DNA of 63,950 nucleotides, counting the filler, from Octopus bimaculoides (lineage: Eukaryota): the NCBI RefSeq assembly GCF_001194135.2. It is 5 parts of 5 records of this genome, joined end to end, with 100 filler letters (N's around TTAATTAATTAA, not from the genome) between each part and the next. Parts side by side here need not be neighbours in the genome. Positions count along the whole stretch, not along the records: positions 1 to 25,963 come from NC_068982.1; 4 more parts are not named here. The stretch is one strand, 5' to 3'. The notes beneath the pieces are model-generated. The model made no database searches. It saw only the letters and a program-made list of their open reading frames with translations, and was not told the DNA's origin. This document shows positions 1-11,626 of this stretch, one piece after another; position 1 is the stretch's first letter, and each line of letters starts with the position of its first letter. The translations under genes and the position numbers were made by a program.

Positions 1-63
<63 letters not shown>

Positions 64-293
64 ATATGTGTGTGTGTGTGTGTGGTAGGAATACAGAGTG
101 ATAGGTAGCTAGATAGAGAGAAGTGTGGTAGGAATGGTGTGAAAAATTATATAAGAGACAAGTAGAGAAAGACATGATATCAATGAGAGGTGAATGAATG
201 TGAAGAGACATCGTAAGAAATGAAAGTGAAAGTAGAAATATAGAGCGAATATAAGAGTTGGTTTTGTTGTTGTTTAGCCCCAAATCGGCTCTG

Positions 294-730
294 TTAGAGA
301 AGATCCAGTTTCAAAAGCCGTTCAAATCGTGAGTATCTCGTCTTTTTATCCAGCGTTTTGTGCTGAGCAGATTTGTATGAGTGAAAAAAGGAGTCGAAAG
401 CTTTGCTAGTGTCGATAGTAATTAAAATGAATAAGAGACGTAACTTTTTGCTGTTGAAGCCGTCGTGTATTTTCTGAAAACGACTCAGGAACAGAGTGAC
501 TGTCTGAATCTGTGCTGTCATTTGGAGTTGGAGATGGGTGGGTTAGTGAAGCCTTGATACTTTTTCTTAGAGGAAGTCGTTCAATCGATGGAGTTTTTTT
601 TGTGTCTTTTTGAAGTTTGTAAAAGTCTTATTGCTTTCTTTATTGACGTGAGAGTACACTGTTTTGATTATATCTCGGGAAGAAATTTAAAGAATGCGCG
701 GTAGCGATAGCCTGGTATGATGCACAAAAG
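294..730 (-). mobile_element. Degenerate LINE reverse-transcriptase fragment (APE-type, CR1/L2/Jockey-like)
   Basis: Minus-strand translation gives QHRFR (about QxGFR), then IDTSKAFDS (RT motif A, LDxSKAFD). Contains stops and frameshifts. Confidence 0.6.
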
Positions 731-1275
731 GTGCTGTCTACATAAGAGTCGTGGTAGTTACTTTCGTGCAGTATAAATGTGCTGTCAGTGTGATTGTTGA
801 AGATACAAAGTGTGTGTGGTGGTGGTGGTGGTGGTGGTAGTGGTAGTGGGGAGTGTTAGTGCACACGCGTGCATTTATATTAATATTGTATGGCTACCAG
901 ATTTCATTTCGAAAGTCTATGTTTCTAGCGTAGTGTCGATTCCTATTTACTAACGGATTTATTGGTTTGTGTATAACTTAGAATGTTAGATGCTCCGTGT
1001 CCTGGTAAGATGCATCTTTCCTGGTGCCAAAATGATATCGTGAATTAAGATAAAGTCGTTTACATCCATAAACATGATTTTAATGTTATATTAGAGAATT
1101 TCTTTTTTTAAATTCTTGATATATATACGAAATTTGTATTTGCCTATGAAACTTTTAACTTAAAGTATATTCTGAGGACATTTCCAAAGAAAATCTCTTT
1201 TTAACGCTGTCATTTGTGTAAAATTGTGTATTTTTCTGCTTTATTTACAAATTTATTGTTTAGTAGTGAATATAT

Positions 1276-1450
1276 AGACGTAGGAGTGGCTGTGTGGTAA
1301 GTAGCTTGCTTACGAACCACATCGTTCCGGGTTCAGTCCCACTGCGTGGCACCTTGGGCAAGTGTCTTCTACTATAGCCTCGGGCTGACCAAAGCCTTGT
1401 GAGTGGATTTGGTAGACGGAAACTGAAAGAAGCTCGTCGTATATATATAG

Positions 1451-1482
<32 letters not shown>

Positions 1483-1701
1483 ATGTGTTTGTATGTATGT
1501 GTTTGTCCCCCAACATCGCTTGACAACCAATGCTGGTGTGTTTACGTCCCCGTAACCTAGCGGTTCGGCAAAAGAGACCGATAGAATAAGTACTAGGCTT
1601 CCACAGAATAAGTCCTGGGGTTGATTTGCCCGACTAAAGGTGGTGCTCCAGCATGGCCACAGTCAAATGACTGAAACAAGTAAAAGAATGAAAGAATAAA
1701 A
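1276..1701 (+). mobile_element. tRNA-derived composite SINE, family 1, full length
   Basis: A box TGGCTGTGTGGT; B box GGTTCAGTCCC; CORE-like gcaccttgggcaagtgtctt; internal (TA)n(TG)n; 3' module ending in (aaagaat)n; TSD gaatatat at 1268-1275 and 1702-1709. Confidence 0.92.
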
Positions 1702-2067
1702 GAATATATTTTAAGAACTTTGTGCGAAACTTATCTTTATAGATGATTGGGAGCCCGCTTTGTACAGGTTCGTACCCACTGCCGTTCTCTGATGGGGCTC
1801 GTACATATTAAGAGAATGATTTCCGTGCATAGAATGCATAATACTCAGCCAGTGTTTTAGTCTCACAACTACACAGTCTTCATTTATTGGATATTATATT
1901 CATTATTGATTTATCCGTTAACTATATTCTGAAGACGATAAGGGTAATAATATTCGAGGGAGATTTGGTGGCAATTTCTTGGTAGTTCGAGGTGTGCCAG
2001 TATGTATTAGATATGCTAAATATACTCGTCTGATACTCCACAGTTCAACGAAAGCAATTTCCATATT

Positions 2068-2126
<59 letters not shown>

Positions 2127-2170
2127 CCACGTAGATGTTCAACGACACATTAAAATGTCAAAAAGCTTAC

Positions 2171-2298
2171 CAGGCTGCAGTTCAATCACTAAGTCATTCG
2201 GCAATTCATGTAAGATAGTGGTTTGTTCCAAGAAGCTCCTAATAACAGTTGAGATACGAAAGACACCGAAACAAAACTGCACCCTATTCAATCCGAAC
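2171..2298 (-). CDS. Candidate internal exon, unidentified protein (FGLNRVQFCFGVFRISTVIRSFLEQTTILHELPNDLVIELQP)
   Basis: Acceptor ttctgtag and donor CTG/gtaagc; only one of three frames is open. Phase-compatible with an upstream candidate exon at 2397-2518 across a 98-nt intron. No homology recognised. Confidence 0.3.
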
Positions 2299-2548
2299 CT
2301 ACAGAATGAGACATATCTCCTAGTCACTTTCAATCATAGTTGCATGCGTCCCACTACACATGGTCATGCTGATAGCTACTTTATATACACAATGACCTGA
2401 ATTTTTTCAAAACGTGTTGTTGTATCCAATCCGAATCTAAACCACAGGTCAGTATCCTCATAAATGTTAGTGTTTTGATGAGGCTGAACTTATATAGCGA
2501 GAGACATGGTCCCTCTTCCTATATTCGAGTCAGCTTCCACATGTCCAA

Positions 2549-2714
2549 TAACTTCAGTCATCAATTCACCGCAGAGAAAGTTCACCGTCATCAATTCACG
2601 GTTTTTTCTCTCTTTTATTCAATAAAATAGTTTTTAACTATTACCAGTGAGATGCTATGGATACACGTCTCGGTAAACTTTCCTCACGGTGAATTGATGG
2701 CGGTGAACTTACCT
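2549..2714. mobile_element. MITE with ~40-bp imperfect TIRs built from ttcaccg subrepeats
   Basis: Left arm catcaattcaccgcagagaaagttcaccg matches the reverse complement of the right arm cggtaaactttcctcacggtgaattgatgg. Confidence 0.65.
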
Positions 2715-4524
2715 GTAATCTACTTGCCAACCTCATATTTTCCAGCAGCATTCTCTTATTATTTGCTTGCGCTTAGTCAATCCCGTCCGCTGTATTCTTG
2801 CGATACCTATTTTAAAAGGAGTTTGTCTATGAATAACTATATTCTCTAGAGTAACATGTTATAGTGTTGTGTTATGTGATCAAGCAACTTCATTTAGTAA
2901 TCTTCTATCATCACACACTCAGGAATGTGGAGGATATTTCTGTAACATTTAATTTCAAAAGTCATTATTGTTTCGTTACTATCAACATCCAATGTTCATA
3001 ATTTGTAACTAAGTGTTCAATAGATATAATTATTACTAATTTGAAACAAAAATGAACTTTTGATGTTATTGTAATATTTTAAACACTGAACAGACACACT
3101 TGAATTTATGTAATCTATTTTTACCTCTAACATTTTTGGTGAATTAAAACGTGTAAGAGGCAACTTATTTTGTTACAGAACAACGTTTAATTTTGTCTTT
3201 ATGAGTTCTTCAAAGGATTCACCACATTTTTTTAAAATCTCTTTTCCTTCAACCTTGTCTATAACCGAATAGGTTTTTATTTCTTTAAAAATATTTTCAT
3301 GTTATTTTACAATCTAACGCCGATGCAAAATTTGGCTTCTTTTTCAGGATTTGCCTCTAAAAAACATAACAATGAACAAAGAAAAATAACTACAAAACAA
3401 ACAGAAAACATTTGAAGTATATTATTGCACTATTGAACATAGAAACGCCAGAAAATGAAAAGAATAACATTCCAACAAGCACAAAACAAAAACAGAGAAT
3501 AAGAGATTAATTTCGACAGAAAATATCGGTAACTAAACACTATCTTTCGCAAATTTTTTTTTTCTTTCTTTCCGATCTAAAAATACCACAATAAAGAATA
3601 TTTTGCTAAAACAAAAAGAGTTTTGAAGTATTTTGACCTCAAGACAGGAGTCAGTCTACCCATATCAATCGTAGAGGTGCTCAATGAGCGGTGGTGGGGG
3701 TATATCGGCCTTGCTATGTCAATGGCACGACGTCTTTGTTCTATCCAAGGAAGAGTTGGGAACATCTCTGTCAGACATTCACTTAAATGAAATACCTACT
3801 TTATTGGGTGAGGGTTAATGTATTGCACTGTATATACATCGTCGTTAAAACAGAAGGTGGGACGAAAGCTCAAGCGCAGATGATACGTAATAAGCTGATT
3901 GCGCAAGTATCTGAGGAGGAGGAACAGCACGAACACTGTGAGGAAACATCGGTGATTCATTTGATTCAACCTCCTGAAGTTTAGAAAGCAATTTCTCACC
4001 CACTTTAATGCTATCACTTAGCACTAGGATGCTTCTAATGGTGCCCACTCTGTAGCAAGATTCCAGACTTGATGTTCGGATTGAAGATCATTCGTTATCT
4101 TGTTGCGGTACATCTCAGTTTCTTTTCCCATCATTTTACTACTGCCGTATCGGAAGTTCTGCAGATACATCATGGGAGGTGGTGAGGGAATGAACTTCTT
4201 TTGAACTTCTTCTTCGGATTACGCTATGAGTAAAATGATAGAAATGAAATTTCCATTAACACTAATGCACATAACACGAAATGAACGTGTATGATACTAT
4301 AAGCAGTGTTAGAAAAAACACAGATGATGTGCTATTTAATTACCTCCCTTTAACTTGCCAGTTCAAATTCTACTAAGGCCAATATACGTATTTCCTTTTG
4401 TTCAGGGATGGTGAGAATAAGGGAGCGAATCGATAAAATTAAGTACAAGCCATATATGGATGTCCATTAAACCGACCGTATTCCTCACAGTAAAATTTCA
4501 CGCCCTCTGACGAAGGCAAAAATC

Positions 4525-5335
4525 ATTAATAGAAGTTAATAATGACGATGTCAATGACGATCATGCTGATGATGACAATGATGACGATCAGGAGAGGACA
4601 GTAGAGGTGGGAGGGAATAGAGGCAAATGACGGGTGAAAAAGAAGTGTCAGCGAAGAAGAGGAGGATGGTGGTTGTGGTGATGGTGGTGATGGTGATGGT
4701 GATGGTGATGGTGGTGGTGTTATTGCTCGTAGTATCGTGGTCAATGATTGTATGGCAGTGGAGGTGGGGGCGGAGTTGAATATAATTTGCTGAGTAGTAA
4801 TGATGTTGATCATCATGGAGATGACGATAAACATGATGACATTGATGATAATGTTGGTAAGAGATGTGGTGGAGGCGGTGATGGTGGTAATTATGATGGA
4901 GATGTTGGTAAAGATTATAATGATGCTGGTGAGCATAGTGATGATGATGACGATAGTGATTGTGATCTTCATAAAGGTAGTGGTAGTAACAATTATGGTG
5001 GTGGTGGTGGTNNNNNNNNNNAGTAACAATTATGGTGGTGGTGGTGGTGGTGGTAATGAGTATATAAATGATTGGTGATGGTGATAGTAGTGATGATGCA
5101 GAAAGGATGTTGATGATCGTGATGGTAAACAAGGGTCTAAGTGTCGGTGATGATGATGACGTCGACGACGACGATAATGATGATAATGAAGATGGTAGTG
5201 GTGGTGCTGCTACTGCTGATAGTGGTGATGACGATGGCGGTAATGTCTGTGATGATGGTGGGATGGCAGTGACTGTGATATTGGTAATGGTGGCAGGAAT
5301 GTGATGATGATATCGATGGCAGTAACGAAGACGAG
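4525..5335. repeat. Cryptic trinucleotide simple sequence (GAT/GGT)n
   Basis: Degenerate gat/ggt/gtg arrays that produce His-, Thr- or Asp-rich spurious ORFs. Confidence 0.9.
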
Positions 5336-5471
5336 AACTAGAGCAAAGATGACGTTAATGCTGAACGAAAACACAAATAATTATAGCCTTAACTTTTAAA
5401 CATTCATTATTTAATGACATTTGCTAACGGCGAAGATATTTTGTTCGTTATTATTTTCATATCTGAAATGA

Positions 5472-5612
5472 AGCGGCTGACAAGATCGGGGGAGCACCGT
5501 ATGCAAAATCTTGAAGTACGGAGTTTTATCCCCATTCATTCTGAGTTCAAATTTTGCCAAGGTTTCTTTTGCATTGTCATCTTTCTGTAAGTCGATAAAA
5601 TTGTTATCAGTG
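5472..5612 (+). mobile_element. Degenerate SINE family 2 copy
   Basis: Contains ttctgagttcaaatt (B box) and tttgcattgtcatctttctgtaagtcgataaaatt, resembling the family 2 central domain. Confidence 0.5.
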
Positions 5613-5754
5613 AAGTGTTGGGTTTCGACGATTACGCGTAACTTGTGTCTGTGTTAGAAATTGCAATTACCTTCAAATATTTTCAATTTTTTCTGCGATT
5701 TATATAAATTTTTATCTTTCATCGATTAATTGTTTCACTCAAAAGACTGCGACC

Positions 5755-6007
5755 ATACCGGGGCACCGTCTTGAAACGTTTAGTTGAACAAATCGACCCA
5801 CGACTCTTTTGCTGACCCGCTAGGTTACACGGACGTAAACAAACCAACACTTATTGTGAAACGGAGCCGAAGAGGGTGGGGTGGAATTAAAACAGAAAGA
5901 CATACACACATGTACATACACAGTTTCCGGGTACCAAATTAACTCATAAGGCATTGGACGCCCGAGGCTATTGTAGAAGACTTGCCCGAGGTGCAGAACT
6001 CGAAACC
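5755..6007 (-). mobile_element. Degenerate SINE family 1 copy
   Basis: Aligns to the reverse complement of family 1 (cccgaggctattgtagaagacttgcccgaggtgc; tttagttgaacaaatcgaccc). Confidence 0.7.
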
Positions 6008-6174
6008 ACGTGTCTATACTGGTGTAAATGGTGTGAATGCTTGCACGTGTGTATGTACGTTAGCATTTATGTGTATGGGTGTATCATGGATGTTGTATAT
6101 GAGCGTGTGTGTATGTGTACATATATGTATGTGTATGAGTACTTGTGTGAATGTGTACATGAGTATCTGCATGG

Positions 6175-6240
<66 letters not shown>

Positions 6241-6614
6241 AAATGTGTATTTGTGTGAATATATGTGTATCTGTGCGTGTGGATGAAAGTGTCTTTATGA
6301 GCGTCTATATGTGAATGTAAATGTGCACTCATCGGTTAGTCTTTTTAGCTGGGGTATTTTAAAGCGGGTCATATTTTGTATATATGTGTGTATGTTGATC
6401 CTTTCTCTCCCTCTCTCTCCCCTCTCTCTTCTCTCTCTCTCTCAGTATGAGTATGTTTATTTTTGTCTGTGTGTGCGTGTGATTGTATGCATGTACGAGT
6501 GGTTGAGAAATAGATATCATGGTCTGATGTAACGGTCTAGTTAAGCAAAAAAGACAATGAACCAGAGGCCGACCATGAGGGGGAACTGGAGGAAAGAAAT
6601 AGGGAGAATAAATA

Positions 6615-6695
6615 GTAGATAGATAGATAGATAGGTAGGGAGGGAGGGAGGGAGTTAGGTAGGTAGATATAGAGATACATAGACAGACAGACAGG

Positions 6696-6777
<82 letters not shown>

Positions 6778-6806
6778 CATACATACATACATAGATAGAT
6801 AGATAG
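6615..6806. repeat. (AGAT)n / (AGAC)n microsatellite
   Basis: Direct inspection; representative of many (TA)n, (CA)n, (TATG)n, (AGAT)n and (GA)n tracts across the window. Confidence 0.95.
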
Positions 6807-7149
6807 TTTCGAGACAAGAAAACTGAAAGACATAAGAAATGTGAAACAAAAAAAAAAAAAAAAGAGAGAGATAAATCTACAGAGGGGAAGGTTGAGAAAG
6901 TACGTTATTGAATTGTCAAATAAGCAATTCTTCAGTATGCTGCCGTCTTAAGTGACAATATGGAAATCTTTACTGCAAATGTGCTATATGAAACTGATAC
7001 AATTTTTGTGGAAGATTTAGTCACAAACACACTCACACAACAGTGGCATATATACATACATGTACATATATGTTTATATGGGTTTTGTTTACTTTGCTGT
7101 TCAGAAACATAAAAGCGCTTTTGTAGTGCCTGATTTATATTTATTTATG

Positions 7150-8190
7150 AGTAAAGTAAACAGAGAGTACATTCCCAGATTAAGATTTCGTTAATTCGGT
7201 TCGTCGATCGTCTGCATATGTCAGCAGATTGATAAAGAAAAAGTTTGTTAAGTATGTAGATTGCTCTAAAGTATGTGAGTAGTTGCAATGCACCGTCATT
7301 CATCAATGGATTCTATTTGAAATTCCTGAGAGAGAATTTCGGAATATGTCGTCAATTCGAAGTTATTTCGCTTCTTTGTTTAGCGACGGGATGTAGAATT
7401 TGTCTGCAAGACCAGAGTCGCAGCATCTTCACTTTTCTTAAATGCCTGTGGTCTGTCTATGACCACTCGCATGATGTTGGTGGTTATTTATTTTCCACTT
7501 GGCTTTCAAAAATGAATTGACAGCTTAGAGGTGTTGTGCCGGGTACAAGCGTGTGTTCTGTATACATAAGGAACGTGTGGATAGTTGTCAGTGGAAACAT
7601 CAGCTTGGTATAACAAGTTTTAGGCATTGCACTTTTGGAAAGGAAAACTCTGTATCTCGGTAATTGTATATTGGCTACTTCGGTCTATGCTTCTTTGCAA
7701 TGTTGTTCTTTATGTAACTAGACATGCTTTCTACTCCCTTGTAACTCACGTTTATTTTGTTTCCGTTGAACACTCGGTACTTCTGTTCGTTCGATGAACT
7801 TGTTGGAATTTGTTTTGCATTTCTGCTTTATACGCCAATATTGTATGATCAATAATACCCTATAGCATTTACTTCCTTATTTTTAGAGCCTCGCTATAGT
7901 GCACTACGGTCTTGTAAAGGTGATTTCATCATTGTTAATCCATATTGGGATATAATGACGTATAGTGGTAAGCATGAATGTAAAATGGAGCACTATTAGG
8001 TTCTTCAGAAGATTCTTACAATTAAGCGCTACATCTAGGACGGGTACAGTTCCAAAGCCCCCTTCGACCGTAAACGTCGGACCAAATTTTTTGAAAACTC
8101 TGATTATATATTTTCACATGGTGTTAGCTGTACAGCCATTCACGGTGTTGCTTTTAGATATTCAGTAAACGAATGAAATGAACCAAGCCA
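7150..8190 (-). mobile_element. Penelope-like element fragment: RT C-terminus, linker and GIY-YIG endonuclease, decayed
   Basis: Translates with frameshifts to VFKKFGPTFTVEGGFGTVPVLDVAL (PLE RT LDV motif), NLLYQADVSTD, C..LADKFYI, and the terminus LNKRSEITSNxRHIPKFSLRNFK*, typical of PLE ORF ends (LNKRSExxSxCRH). Confidence 0.75.
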
Positions 8191-8502
8191 TGGTTTGAAT
8201 GTATAATTTCTATTTACCTCAACAATAAATAAACATATATTTATATTTATACATACGAGAATAAGAAACACACACACACACACACTGAGAAAGAGAGGCA
8301 GAGAAAGAGAGAAACTTACCCATACATATATATAATTATATACGAGGATTTTAACACCTACGTCATTCTTTCGCCCATGCTACATACTACAAAAAATACT
8401 GAAACCAATATACACACACTTATATATACGCGTATATATATATATGTATATATACACGTATATATATATATATACATATATATATATACATATATATATA
8501 CG

Positions 8503-8538
<36 letters not shown>

Positions 8539-8599
8539 NNNNNNNNNNNNNNNNNNNNNNNNNNNNNNNNNNNNNNNNNNNNNNNNNNNNNNNNNNNNN

Positions 8600-8649
<50 letters not shown>

Positions 8650-9239
8650 TGTGTTTGTATGTGTGTACGTGTTTATCTGTGTATGTTCAATCTCTTTTTT
8701 CTCTCATCTCTTATTTTTTTCCATTCCGCCAGTAAGACACCTCCTACGATATACGATAATATCATAATGCAAGAAATATTTATACTTACGAAGACACAAC
8801 GTTGCCACTGGTAACATAACCTGATAATTATATATTAATAATTCCCTAAACCAAGGAGTGTCCGTTTCAATCTACGTTTCATATGTTGCAAAACAACATC
8901 CATAAGGACATATGATCGTCTTTTTTTTATTTCAAAAATTTTGACATCCACTAAATAACAAGAATATATGCTGAAAACATATCCTTTCATAACTTATTAT
9001 GTCTAATTTAATATGGTGTTATTGTTGATTCCGTTTTAGTAAAATATGTCTTTACTGCTAAAGCTATTTATTTACTTTGTTTTAGTGAAATAAGTCTGAT
9101 AATGATATCGTGTTATGACATAATATGTCAGATTGTTGATGTGTGCTATTGGTAGTATGTAGTCCAGTGTAACCGGTTGCACGGTCCGGTCATCGTGGAT
9201 TAATCGTCTCCCTCACCAGGATTGTTAGGCGAGAAGAAT

Positions 9240-9690
9240 CACTAGAACCTCAGCAAAACGCAATACAGTATTAATTTAAAGGGATTTGTTGTATGAGACC
9301 GGAACTATGCGAGAAGGTACAAAGTAAACTACAAAAGGAAAATGCCACTCAACGCAACAGAGTCAATCTCAGAATTATGGAGGCTCTACTTTTCAATAAA
9401 TTGAGACCAGCCATGAATAACATGAAGGAAGTACATGAAACTGATTGGTTGTTATAGCGACAGCATTCTGCGCAAGTCACCTTCCTCATTCTTTTCCCTC
9501 TTCCTTCCTCCCCTACACATCTGATCAACGACTTTTCTATCTTTACTTTTTATTGTTTTTCCAAATGTCCTGAAGAAGAGGTTATAACCCCGAAACATAG
9601 TAACACAACGTAAAACTGCAACTTTGTTTCACTTGTTATCTTTTCCTCTTCCTTTTGTAATTTATTTTGTACCTTCTCTCATTATTTCCA
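9240..9690 (+). mobile_element. Penelope-like element 3' end (GIY-YIG C-terminus plus pLTR)
   Basis: NLRIMEALLFNKLRPAMNN..* (about RxxEALxIxxxxPxLN), followed by a pyrimidine-rich pLTR containing CTGAAGA..GAAAC. Confidence 0.7.
9566..9606 (+). ncRNA. Degenerate minimal type I hammerhead ribozyme motif in PLE pLTR
   Basis: tgtc CTGAAGA a gaggttataacccc GAAA c ata g TA acac. Core intact; stem II has one mismatch; stem I is restored by one inserted G. Confidence 0.5.
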
Positions 9691-10253
9691 GCCTTACACA
9701 ACAAATCGCTTTAAAGTAATACCACACAAAACTTTACTCAAATTACTCCACTGGAATACAGTATCTGTTAAAAGACTTAATGAACACACTGTACGGTCAA
9801 TGAACTATCATTTGCAAGTGATTTATAAATTGTGAACGACCAGTGTGAATGAGGCACAACTTAGCTCTTGTTCAAGTATGTCTCTAGAAGAAGGCTCTAC
9901 TGTGTTCACAACTGCACCAGCTGTATAACTAGGCAGAGCGCTGCGCTCGATAGCCTGAGAAAGAATCAAGACAATGGGAAATACAACTTTCAGTACAAAC
10001 CTTCATTGACTATGAGTGCCTGCGAAAAAGTGAAGACTACTCTGACAATAAATCGGTCGGAAATGAACTCAGAGACCAACGACCCTACTTTGTTGCAAAG
10101 AGAGTACGAAGATTCAACGAATAGACTGAATCTTATGTCTTCGACACTTCTTGAAGATGTGTATATTCATTCACACATTCATTTCTTGTTTGTTTCGTTT
10201 TGTTGCAACATTTATCATACCCGTGTAATATTATAGTTTATGGTATGTTTATT

Positions 10254-10560
10254 TTATGTCTTGATCGGAGACACTAAATCAGATTTCAGTGTGGTCTCTT
10301 TAAGGTTGAACCAGAGGAGAAAGGCACTGCTTTGTAGAGGGTTCCAGAATGTTTGAGAGGACACAGAAAGACCTAGATTGAATAGTAAAGGTGTCCAAAT
10401 GTTATATGGTGGTTCTAAACTGAGCGGAGGCTTAATTTTAACGCTCAAGAGCAGGAGCGATTCTCTTTCGAAGGATTTCTACAGCTTCTCTCCAAAAAAT
10501 TTAATTTATAAGACTTTGGCCAACACGTACTTTGGTTGGAGACATTTATTCAAGGATAAC
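10254..10560 (-). mobile_element. Possible decayed Penelope GIY-YIG C-terminus
   Basis: FWREAVEILRKRIAPALER then PYNIWTPLL, resembling PLE REAIEI...N.D.G..L...W.PLL. Confidence 0.45.
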
Positions 10561-10611
10561 AGAGGGATGGAACGTGAAACCGCAAACTATACTCTGTTGA
10601 TATGTGTTGCT

Positions 10612-10812
10612 TAGCCGGGATCGTTAGTTTGCCTGGCAAAATGCTTAACGGTATTTCGTCTTTGTCTTTACGTTCCAAGTTAAAATTCTGTCAAGGACAA
10701 GTTTGACTTTCATCCTCGATGAATTAAGTACAGGTTGAGTACAGGGGTCAATGTGATCGGTTTACACCCTGCCCCGAAATTGTTGGCCTTCTGCCAAAAA
10801 TTGAAACCGATA
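10612..10812 (+). mobile_element. SINE family 2 copy (tail type a)
   Basis: gatcgttag..ggcaaaatgcttaacggtatttcg..taagtac..ggggtcaatgtgatcg..ccccgaaattgttggccttctgcc. Confidence 0.75.
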
Positions 10813-11170
10813 TTTGTTGCTTATTTATGTCATAACTTAAATGTCTATATTTATTAAGGTTAATCTATGTAGTGTTTTTTTAATCTCATTTTATTAACAT
10901 TTCTCATAATTATATCACATTCTCAGTGTCCGTGACCTTCATAGCCTCTCACTCCGCCTCGAGATCGGTGAAGCATGTCATTAGCGTTTTACTTAAGCTG
11001 TTGCAAATAATCTACACAAGAGAGAGAAGAGGATTCTAAAAAGCCGAGGTTTGGAGGAAGACGGACTAAGAGATGTAGTTTAGTGAGATGTTTATTGTCT
11101 GATAAGAGAAGAAATATGTGAGTCAATAGTGTCTGATCGGATGTGATACAGTATTAGCTAACTCCAATGA

Positions 11171-11350
11171 AGAAGTGGCTGTGTGGTAAGTAGCTTGCTT
11201 ACTAGCCACATGGTCCTGGGTTCAGTCCCACTGCGTGGCACCTTGGGCAAGTGTCTTCTACTATAGCCTCGGGCCGACCAAAGCCTTGTGAGTGGATTTG
11301 GTAGACGGAAACTGAAAGAAGCCCGTCATATATATATATGTGTGTGTGTG

Positions 11351-11410
<60 letters not shown>

Positions 11411-11626
11411 TGTGTCTGTGTTTGTTCCCCCACCATCGCTTGACAACCGATGCTGGTGTGTTTACGTCCCCGTAACTTAGCGGTTCGGCAAAAGAGACCG
11501 ATAGAATAAGTACTAGGTTTATAAAGAATAAGTCCTGGGTCGATTTGTTCGACTAAAGGTGGTGCTCCAGCATGGCCGCAGTCAAATGACTGAAACAAGT
11601 AAAAGAGTAAAAGAGTGGAAAAGAAT
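11171..11626 (+). mobile_element. Composite SINE family 1, full length
   Basis: Same head, internal microsatellite and tail (aaaagagt)n as 1276-1701. Confidence 0.92.

Noticed and set aside
1283-1345. tRNA-like sequences with A and B boxes (also 13080, 19595, 45565, 49430)
   Set aside because: They are SINE heads or remnants with no complete cloverleaf and continue into repeat bodies.
4526-5304. His-, Thr- or Asp-rich ORFs of 78-193 aa
   Set aside because: Translations of a degenerate (GAT/GGT)n tract that is open in several frames on both strands; no splice or domain evidence.
5954-6849. CV/HT/YLSI-repeat ORFs here and throughout the track
   Set aside because: Products of (TG)n, (TA)n and (AGAT)n microsatellites, or of N runs translated as X.
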